From positions 17,794,001-17,858,000 of the forward strand of contig OX597834.1 in NCBI GenBank assembly GCA_951406725.2: a DNA stretch of 64,000 nucleotides, read 5' to 3'. This DNA is from Octopus vulgaris. Taxonomy: Eukaryota. Each line of letters begins with the position of its first letter. Position 1 is the stretch's first letter. The position numbers and the translations under genes were made by a program. Below are positions 54,761 to 64,000 of the stretch, in pieces. Under the pieces are notes generated by a model. That model saw nothing but the letters and a program-made list of their open reading frames with translations, was not told where the DNA came from and did not search any database.

Positions 54761-55050
54761 ATTGTTATGTCATATATAATAAAAATACTACTACTACTAA
54801 TAATAATAATAAATAAAGAATATAACTTTTAGCTTGAAGTGATAACTGCATGATATCCTTATATATTTGTATTAGTCCTTCCATGAAGAATGAGGTAGAA
54901 AAAAGAAGTATTTAAACACAAAGACTTTACAATGTATCCGTGTACCTATTTTTTAATTTTTGTATATGTTTATTATTTTTTGGCAAAAACCAATGTAATT
55001 TTCTTTTTTCCCCCCCTCCTCAATTATAAAAAAAATTTCTTTTCACCTTA

Positions 55051-55094
55051 TAATTCTTGAAAAGTCGCATTGTGACGAAAACCGGTTAGAGTTA
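55051..55094 (+). ncRNA. Minimal type I hammerhead ribozyme (Penelope-like-element type)
   Basis: Stem I UAAUUC/GAGUUA, core UUGAAAA, stem II GUCGC-auu-GUGAC, GAAA, palindromic stem III AACCGGUU, UUA cleavage triplet. Confidence 0.7.
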
Positions 55095-55236
55095 ATATTT
55101 AAAAAAAATTTTTTTTTAATTTTCCATTCACCCATTTTCATTAAAATTTACCTTCAATTTAGAATTCTGCCTTTTTATAATTTTTCCTTGCCTATCATTT
55201 CTCCACGTGAGGTCAACACAACCCCACCATTTATTG

Positions 55237-55283
<47 letters not shown>

Positions 55284-55313
55284 GAGAGAGAGAGATATAT
55301 ATGTATATGAGTG

Positions 55314-55353
<40 letters not shown>

Positions 55354-56200
55354 CACTGCTTAATGTCCACATCTGTGATATTTCTAACTTTAAACAGTTG
55401 AAGCATTGCCTGCGTGTCTTACTATTCACTCCTTCATTTTACTAAGTGAAAAGGTACAAACTAAAGGAGCTAATAAGAGGAGATGCAAGAGGTTTGTTCA
55501 CAGGATTGTGAGTCCCTTAGCAATAGCCATTTAACGTTCAATGGATTAATTCTTCTAAATCAAAATAGATACCATGAGGAGGTGCAAGAAAACGATAAAA
55601 CAGAAAAGTGTTTTTATTTTAATTACTTTCCATCAGTGAATTTAAATCCTCCTTTAAGGTAGGGGACAAATGGATGGGTGAGGAGGGACCTTCAGTATTC
55701 TCCTAATATCATAGCGTATTATTTTTCAATGAATTACTATCTTTTAGAACACTCTGTACTTTGTACTGGAATGTTAAAATCCACATATTGCTTTAAATTT
55801 GTTCAGTAACAAGTGTCATGATGAAGTTTCGTTACGTACAAGCTGGATAATGCAATGACTGAATACAAAAATATATCTTTGTAATGTGTGTGTGTGTGTG
55901 TATGTGTGTGTGTGTGTTACAATAATGATGATACTGATATATTTATATATATATACATTGAAAAGGTTGTGGAATTTCATTCAAAATTCAACCGAAACTT
56001 GGTTCCCCATTTTTCTTTTTACATAGCTAATATTACAATTCTTGATGTGGAAGAACAAAAAAAAGAAAAAGAAAAATGGAAAATGGAATAAAGTCTAAAG
56101 CAAGAAAAATATCTTTAACCCACATTGTTACTATATGAGACATTAAATCAGAATAAAAGAAAATGAAAACCAATGAAGTAGTATGATATAAAAGAGAGAA

Positions 56201-57300
56201 TATAGATGTTTTCGATCTAGTTTGGATTCTTTGCCATCAAATTTGAATTCTTTGCAATCAAATTTGAGTTTTTCAATTGGTGCTCAAGCCTTGAGAAAAA
56301 AAAAGAGTTAAACCACATCAACCATAAGGAAATACATGTCTATCTTACCTAACTCGTCCAGTAGAGCCCACTGCTACTCGAACTTCAATCTAACCCCAAG
56401 CTTGGGACAACAAACTTGAGTTGGATAAACTTGAATAGTAAGCTCTTTGCTCTTTATAACCGTTTCATGAAGTCACTTTTTTTGTTAAAATATTGTTCAA
56501 TTTGCAGCTCACCTGCGATGGACTGGCATCCCATTCAGGTGGGGAACCTATACGCCAAGGAAACCAGCCCTTATGAGCCAGGCATGGCTCAAGATGGAAC
56601 AAACATTACTAATAGCAATTCCCCATACGTAGGCATAAAGGAAAAAATGAGCTCATTACTAATCCTGATATAACGATCTGCCTGAATGCATCCATGTGTC
56701 ATCTAAGACACGTGCATGCCATGTACAATAGACAGTCAAGTTAAAAGACATACCATGGGGGGAGGGAGGATGTAGCATAAACCCACTCTTTAAAGCAATT
56801 TTATGCAATTTTGGGGAGGGGTGAAATTACCCTTATGATTAAAAGTTATGATCAACAATTGTTGATTTAAATCAGACCAGGTTTATTAGCTATCCTGAGA
56901 TAAGGGTTTTTAGATTTTCCTAACTGATATTTCTTGCAAAAAAAGTTGCAGTTTGTAAAAATGTACAAATTATCTTGAATGAACTGTTCAAACATACGCA
57001 AACAATAGAAAAGGAATCATTCGTTTATTATCTCTCCTTGTTCAGACGGGTCGACGTAACGGAGCATCTTTTGGTCTAAGCTATCGCAGTGTTCATGAGT
57101 TATTTCATCGAACTTTTCAGATATCAATTGGTGGGTTCTACTGGACAAATTAGATAAGATAGACATGTATTCCCTTACGGCCGATGTAGTTTAACTCTTT
57201 CTTTTTTCAAGGCTTGAGCACCAATTGAAAAATACAAATTTGATTGCAAAGGATTCAAATTTGATAGCAAAGAATCCAAACTAGATCAAAAACATCTATA
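56201..57300. mobile_element. Non-autonomous DNA transposon with about 170-bp TIRs, TA termini (Tc1/mariner-like)
   Basis: 56201-56371 is the reverse complement of 57131-57300. Confidence 0.85.
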
Positions 57301-57373
57301 ATAACAATAATAATAAAAATAATAATAATTCACAGCCATTATTTATAGAAACTAATTCCCTTGATGAATTGTG

Positions 57374-57598
57374 TCATGTCCATAAAACTGTTGGTAAAAG
57401 AGCTTCTTTGGCTCCGGGAGGTGGCGTCAAATTTTCATTGGACAAGAAGTAAAGTGGTATCAAAACAAGATGACCGTGTACGTTCTTTAGCATTTCTCTT
57501 GCTTTGCCTGGATTATCTTCTGCAAGAGTTGATTTTTTGTTGTATTTCTTAAGTTCATCAAAAGTTAAGATTCCATCATTTGGAATACAATTAAAAAC
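57374..57598 (-). CDS. PLD1: Phospholipase D terminal exon (VFNCIPND...KEALLPTVLWT*)
   Basis: ttttcag acceptor, 75 codons ending WT-TGA, like the conserved PLD1/2 C-terminus. Confidence 0.95.
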   Translation of the reverse strand, partial: VFNCIPNDGILTFDELKKYNKKSTLAEDNPGKAREMLKNVHGHLVLIPLYFLSNENLTPPPGAKEALLPTVLWT

Positions 57599-57652
57599 CT
57601 GAAAAAAAAAAAAAGGAGAAAATAAATATTGCTAAACCAAACAGCAATTTGA

Positions 57653-57687
<35 letters not shown>

Positions 57688-57688
<1 letters not shown>

Positions 57689-57903
57689 CCTTTCTGTTAT
57701 AAGTACAAGGCCTGAAATTTTGAGGGAGGGGGCTAGTTGATTACATTGACCCCAGTACTCAACTGGTATTTAATTTATCGACCTCCAAAAGGACGTAAGA
57801 CAAAGTCAACCTCGGCGGAATTTGAACTCAGAATGTAAAGATGGATGAAACGTTGCTAGGCATTTTGCCTGGCATGTTAATGATTCTACCAGCTCACTGC
57901 CTT
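57688..57903 (-). mobile_element. SINE family B copy in the last PLD intron
   Basis: Consensus match, (AAT)n on both sides. Confidence 0.82.
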
Positions 57904-58015
57904 CAATACTAATAATAATAATAATACTAATAATAACAATAATAATAATACTAATAATAACAATAATAATAATACTAATAATAACAATAATAATACTAAT
58001 AATAATAATAATAAA

Positions 58016-58061
<46 letters not shown>

Positions 58062-58084
58062 GGTATAAAAGATGGGCTTTTGTC

Positions 58085-58580
58085 TTGGTATAAAAGAGGG
58101 GTTTTGTCTTGGTATAAAAGATGGGCTACAGCAAATATTCTGCTCAATACCACAGATTTACTTGTCAGTTGCTTGACCTTAACCAGTTGAGCATGTCCCT
58201 TAGTGGCTGACGATATGTGCATCTCTGATCACAAGCAGAAGTAGTGGGGTAGCATCATAGCCATGTGTTGAGATGGATTCTTTGGGGTTTGAATAATTCA
58301 CCTCTGGAAACATGGGTGGTTCTTTCAACATCCTTAAACAACCCTTATTCAGGGACCTTTTGAGCGGGATGGGCTACTCAACCTGAAGAAAATTCTAACT
58401 GGGCCCCACCTGCAAGGTCATGTGCTGTTTATCTTGATATGAGATCACCATGTCACGCACATATGGTTGTGATGCATGTGCCTGGTGTACCCTTATCAGA
58501 CGGGTAGTCATGATGGGTATATTGGGCTTCGTATATTTTACCCCAGTGTCACTTTGATGGCATGCACTGCTCTCTCACTC
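58085..58580 (+). mobile_element. Interspersed repeat inserted in (AAT)n (second copy 59336-59760; fragment 25770-25905 on -)
   Basis: Two highly similar copies of about 420 bp, both ending CTGCTCTCTCACTC(AAT)n. Confidence 0.75.
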
Positions 58581-58744
58581 AATAATAATAATAACAATAA
58601 TAATACTAATAATAAAAATAATAATAATGATTTCAAATTATGGCACAAGGCCAGCAAGTTTGTGGGAGGGGGTAAGTCAATTACATTGACCCTAGTGTTT
58701 GCCTGGTACTTATGTTATTGAGCCCGAAAGGATGAAAAGCAAAG

Positions 58745-58974
58745 GGTTAATCTCTAGTTTAACATCCGGTCACAAAAATGAAAATTAAAAATAGTGATGA
58801 ATGGAGTAGTGGGGAGAGGACTTGGAAAATTCCCAATAAGAATCTTCTGAGTCCCCTCCCCTCGTTCATCGGCACAAATTTTTTTTCATATTCATTGACT
58901 ACACATTGTTTTACACCTATTACACTATTATTTCTCCTCAATTTTGTGACCGGGTGTTAAACTAGGGATTAACC
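58745..58974. mobile_element. MITE with GG-initiated TIRs and 8-bp TSD (Merlin-like), inside a SINE B copy
   Basis: GGTTAATCTCTAGTTTAACATCCGGTCACAAAA / TTTTGTGACCGGGTGTTAAACTAGGGATTAACC; TSD AAGCAAAG/AAGCCAAG. Confidence 0.8.
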
Positions 58975-59079
58975 AAGCCAAGTTGACCCTGGCAGCATTT
59001 GAACTCAGGACATAATGCCGGAAGAGATGCCAATAAGCATTTTGCCCAGTGCTGTAATGATACTATTAGCTCACTACCT

Positions 59080-59126
<47 letters not shown>

Positions 59127-60619
59127 GGGCATTGTCGATGTGAGAACTGTTGCTGCTCATGTATTTTAATTTAACTTAAAAAAAAAAAAAAAAAAATGAA
59201 CGAACTATTGAGTTTGGTTTAATGGCCTACCAATGTATACTATGAGTTTCTTTGCCCTAGGAGTCGGGAAGACACTCGGCAAGAAATGGAAGCAAATTTG
59301 AAAGAAGAAAAAAAAAGTAATAATAATAATAATAATATTGCTTGTCAGTTGTTTGACCTTAACCAGTGGACCATGTCCCTTAGTGGCTGACGATATGTGC
59401 ATCTCTGAGCACGAGCAGAAGGAGTGGGGGAGCATCATAGCCATGTGTTGAAAGGAATTCTTGGAGGTTTGGATAATTCACCTTTGGAAACATGGGTGGT
59501 TTGTTCAACATCCTTAAACAATCCTTATTCAGGGACCTTTTGAGCGGGATGGTCTACTTGACCAGAAGAAAATTCTAACTGGGCCCCACCTGCAAGGTCA
59601 TGCGCTGTTTATCTTGATATGAGATCACCATGTTGTGCACATATGGTTGTGATGCATGTGCCTGGTGTACCCTTTTCAGATGGGTAGTCATAATGGGTAT
59701 ATTGGGCTTCGTATATTTTACCCAGTGTCACTTTGATGGCATGCACTGCTCTCTCACTCAATAATAATAATAATATTCCTTTCTATTATAGGCACAAGAT
59801 TTTACCAACCCTGGAAAGATGAAAGGTAAAGCTGGCCTTAATGGAATTTGAACTCAGGCACATGAAATGCCACAAAGCATTTTGTCCCACATACTGCCCT
59901 CCTACTACTACTTTCTTCTTTGACCCCCTTCGGTCACGACACTGACCATGGGATTGCACCTAGAAAGTTACCCTCCTAGTCACAAGTCCAAGCAAGGTTG
60001 TTTATGGAAGATCAGCAGGCACCCATACATATCAGCCTCCCCTCTCCATGCCACCAGTGTTATCCAAGTGAAAGGCAAAGGGGCTGATACAGCTTGGCAC
60101 TCGTGACGTCGCAACTCATTTCTACAGCTGAGTGAACTGGTGCAACGTGAAATAAAGTGTCTTGCTCAAGAACTAATAATAATAATAATAAGAAGAAGAA
60201 TACTTTGTACTATAGGCACAATGCCTGAAATTTTGGGGAAAGGGACTAGTCAATTACATCAACCCCAGTGTTTAACTGGTACCTTCTTTCAGTTTCTGCC
60301 TACCAAATCCACTCACAAGGCTTCGGCTGGCCCAAGGATATAGTAAAAGACCCAGGGTGTCATGCAGCAAGATTGAACATAGAACTGTAGTTGGGAACCA
60401 TGAACCATGTGGTTGGTAAACAAACTTCTTACCACACAGCCAAAGAATCTTGAGATATGAGGAGACTTATTGTCACCAGACCTCAAGACAACTTCCCTGT
60501 TAACTAGCATAGCATGTAATAATAATGGTGATGATGATGATGATTTCAAATTTTGGCACAAGGCCAGCAATTTCTGGGGAGGGGATAAGTAGATTACATC
60601 AACTCTAATAATCACATAC

Positions 60620-60731
60620 CTTTTCATAAATAGTTGTGTTGAAGCTAGCTTGTTGGATCCAAATTTCTTTATAGAAAGCATCACAGACAGGATCCACCAG
60701 AAGCTCATCATCTTCGAGGCCCAAATGTTCC
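60620..60731 (-). CDS. PLD1: Phospholipase D exon (EHLGLEDDELLVDPVCDAFYKEIW...NTTIYEK)
   Basis: tctctag acceptor, AAG|gtatgt donor; phases 2/0 bridge the flanking exons. Confidence 0.93.
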
Positions 60732-61119
60732 CTAGAGACAGAAGAAGAAGAAGAAGAAATATTTGAATCATTCCAAATAAATCGAAGAGTTGTTATCCTC
60801 AGAGACAGTGAAGTGATTGAGAATCTGAGGAATCAATAAATCGGTTTTCAAGAGTGAAGATGTGTCAAGTCAAGAGTGAAGATGTGTGTGTGTGGAGGGA
60901 GATAACAGTTCTGGTTTATCTCTAGATTTACGACGCACACGCATTTGAGAGCCTTCAGTTGATACATGAAGTGAGAAAGTGCAAGAGAGAGAAAATATGT
61001 GAGAGAGATTGAGTGAGTGAGAGACTGTTTGTGTGAGAGATAAGTCTGAAGGGAATCAAACAAGATGGAAAGGATCTGAGTGTAAGGGAGTGGGAATGAA
61101 TGTAAGGGAGAAAGACTGA

Positions 61120-61370
61120 GTGCGAGAGAGAGAGAGAGAGGGGGGTAGAGAGAGAGAGAGGGGGGAGGTAGAGAGAGAGAGAGGGGGAGGTAGAGAGAGA
61201 GAGGGGGGAGAGAGAAAGAGGGGGTAGAGAGAGAGGTAGAGACGGGAGAGGGAGAGGGAGAGGTAGAGACAGGGGGAGAGGAGGGGAGAGAGAGAGGGAG
61301 GTAGAGAGAAAGGTAGAGACAGGGGGATGGGAGAGGGAGAGAGAGAGAGGGGGGGGAGACAGAGAGAGAC
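61120..61370. repeat. Polypurine (GA/GGGA) tract in a PLD intron
   Basis: About 250 bp that is almost entirely G/A on +. Confidence 0.92.
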
Positions 61371-61465
61371 TGTGTGTGTGAGGTATAAGAGGAGTAAGTC
61401 TGAATGAAATCAATGATGTCTGAGACCAATAAACCAGTAAAAGAATATTGTTAACGCTGACTCAC

Positions 61466-61683
61466 TTGAAAACTGTTTTTCTCAGTGAGGATGAGAAATG
61501 TCCAGCTTGATGGTCTTTGCCATTGAACTGGACAGGGACAGTCTCCAGGTCTTGGATTATGACAGCCATTTCACTGTCACGGTCCCCCAGCATACTGCGG
61601 TCATTGATGTTTGCAGATCCAATTATTGTTGTGTCATCGTCGACAATCATCATCTTGCTATGTACATAAACCAATTCTGTTGT
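61466..61683 (-). CDS. PLD1: Phospholipase D exon with second HKD motif ([15 protein letters not shown]...[19 protein letters not shown])
   Basis: HxKxxxxD plus GSANIN; ttgtag acceptor, AA|gtgagt donor. Confidence 0.97.
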
Positions 61684-62743
61684 CTACAAAACACAAGCGC
61701 AAAGAAATTAATATTTTGTTATATTACACACACATATACATCGGGTTCACATCCACATATGAATACACGCACACACAGAGGCTTCACATCCACACATGAA
61801 TACATGCACATGCACGCAACACACACACATGAATACATGCACACACACACACACACACACAGGCTTCGCATCCACACATGAATACATGCACATGCACACA
61901 CACACATACATCGGCTTCACATGCACACACACACACACACACACACAGGCTTCCCATCCACACACTAATTGATCCAATCTTGACTGAAGTTTTTTTTTTA
62001 CAATTTTATCAATAATTATTCTTTTGTTCCTTATTTCTAATTTTTATGCAGATTATTTGTTTACTTTATATTTTCTTAAATCAGTCAGTCCTGCTTAATC
62101 TTTTCAAATCCAGCTTAATCCAATTAACTCCTGCTGTTTGTGTGTGTCTTTTTCTCCCTTCACTCATTATTACAAGACAAATCTATCACCTGGCAAGGTA
62201 ATTTAATAACCCTGTTGGTGATGATCCCACATAAAAGCACTGGTGCTGATGTCTCATAAAAATCATAGGTAAAATGTGCCACATAAAAAGCACTGTTGAT
62301 GGTGCCATGTAAAAAAGCACCCAAGTGGTTGGCATTAGGAAGGGCATCAAGCTATAGAAACCATGCCCAAGACAGACAGTGAAGATGCTGACGACCGCTC
62401 GGTTCAAAGTCTCTCTTGACCAGAAATGGCCTGAACTCTTTGCATGAACACCCTCCCTGTACATAACTCCATGTCTCCCTACATGACCTTGCTTTTTGCT
62501 TTTTCAGCCAAAAAATTAACTTAACATCCAGCTGTAGAAACCATGCCAAGACAGACAATAGAACCTAGTGAAGCTTTCTGGCATTGCTAACTCCCGTTAA
62601 ACTGTCCAACTCATACCTGTCAAAGTCTTGTTGTACCGCAAACCAAAAAGTAACGATCCAAAACTGTTACTTTTTTGGTAAAGCTGCCGGATATCGTTTC
62701 AGCACAAAATTACTGTGTTAGCTGGAAGTATGTTATCACATAA

Positions 62744-63039
62744 CTAGCAGTATCGCCAGGCGTTGCTCGGGTTTGTAAGGGAAATAACTATATAAGCATT
62801 TTTAGAGAGTTACTTCCCTTATATAACCCGAGCAAAAATCATTAAAAATGCGGAAAAATGATGGTAATTTTTTTTTTAAATCGTAGACTCATGATAATAC
62901 CTAGAAGGACTCGATATGAATGACGACTATAAGATACTCGCTTTTGGTTAAATTGCACCGCAAAATGTGGGAGTAGTTAGGAATCTAAATCGGAGGAGAC
63001 AGAGTCTCACACACACCACTTCAATTTTATATATAAAGA
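62744..63039 (-). mobile_element. Non-autonomous Helitron, second copy
   Basis: Same termini and body as 27245-27631. Confidence 0.82.
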
Positions 63040-63344
63040 TTGCTGGCCATATGAGATGCCTGTCCCCATAGAATTACTGGGTGAGGTGTTATTCCTACTG
63101 GCTACAACAACATGTCCCGTGTATGAGCAAAGGGAGCCACTATATAGTTAGTTAATTGGCGAGAAATAGCAGTCAAACCTCACTTGAATCAAACTGAAAG
63201 GTCTTCAAAAAGGGAAGAACATATTGGAAATACAAGAAAATACAGAATGGTAGGTCTGTTGAAACAGAACCAGCCTGAGGCAAACAACAACAACATTACA
63301 CAATACTTTATGAGTAAACATTAACAACAACAATTACTACTTAC

Positions 63345-63412
63345 AAGTTTTTCTAAAAGTTCTCCATGATTCCGTAGACCATAGAAGGTCACATAGTTAA
63401 ATGGATCTGTCA
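63345..63412 (-). CDS. PLD1: Phospholipase D exon (TDPFNYVTFYGLRNHGELLEKL); gene continues beyond the window end
   Basis: tttcctag acceptor, CTT|gtaagt donor; matches the PLD1 YISFCGLRTH region. Confidence 0.9.
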
Positions 63413-63534
63413 CTAGGAAAGAGATAAGAAGAAAAAAATAAATAAGTACCAGTAATATACAGGGAGTTGATTCAATCAATTACCCAGTAAATGTAAGGAA
63501 TTATTATTAGTAGTAGTATTGTTATTATTGTGAA

Positions 63535-63850
63535 AATGCATGGCCTAGTGGTTAGGGTGTTGCACTTGTGATCACCAGATCATGATTTCAATGCCTAGAC
63601 CAGGCAGTGCATTGCGTTGTTGAGCAAAACACTTTATCTCATGTTGCTCTGCAATCACTTTGATGCATGATGCATGTTACACTGTGCACCTGCCTGTGCA
63701 GACAACATCGATTTGATGGAGAGAGAGTTAGCTAATGTGCAGCACACACATTTGATCACTATAAACAAATCATTTGTGAAGGTCATTCAGCAAAAAAGCT
63801 GAATGCTCATACATCGTCTTCGAGAGGAGAGTCCATCCTTATTATCATCA
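63535..63850 (+). mobile_element. CORE-type tRNA SINE (related minus-strand pieces at 44540-44690 and 60110-60172)
   Basis: TGGCCTAGTGGTTAG A box; TTGAGCAAAACACTTTATCTCATGTTGCTC core-like segment. Confidence 0.65.
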
Positions 63851-63876
63851 TCATTATTATTATTATTATTATTATT

Positions 63877-64000
63877 AAGGTAGAGAGCTGGCAGAATCAC
63901 TAGCACACTGGGCACAATGCTTAGTGGCATTTCGTCCATGTGTATGTTCTGTGTTCAAATTCCACCAAGGTTGACTTTGCTTTTCATCCTTTCAGGATCG
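63877..64000 (+). mobile_element. SINE family B copy, cut by the window end
   Basis: AAGGTAGAGAGCTGGCAGAATC head after (ATT)n. Confidence 0.75.

Noticed and set aside
60848-61429. Long Ser/Leu/Pro ORFs, and the YIYI/CVCV ORFs elsewhere
   Set aside because: Translations of microsatellites

Overview
Eukaryotic, AT-rich, microsatellite- and SINE-dense animal DNA. The repeat families look like octopus/cephalopod (inference). Two spliced genes converge. (1) On +, the 3' two-thirds of an EAG-superfamily, ELK (KCNH3/4/8)-type voltage-gated K+ channel: six confident exons at 228-9279 (S2/S3 to CNBHD), three probable C-terminal exons, and a terminal exon at 28160-28884. (2) On -, the last four exons of a PLD1/2-type phospholipase D (63412 down to the stop at 57374), including the second HKD motif. 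The rest is introns and about 28 kb of intergenic DNA filled with tRNA-derived SINEs, LINE fragments (RTE, R4/Dong-like, CR1/L2-group), piggyBac-, hAT-, Merlin- and Tc1-like MITEs, non-autonomous Helitrons and tandem arrays. The most notable observations are: a complete minimal hammerhead ribozyme with a compensated U3-A8 core inside a (TA)n-flanked inverted-repeat element (55051-55094); a second, decayed retrozyme-type hammerhead (19702-19754); a fold-back element made of two convergent tRNA-like Pol III units (39741-40059); a LINE/SINE 3' stem-loop showing covariation; and ERG-like substitutions in the ELK channel. All calls were made by eye; no searches were run.
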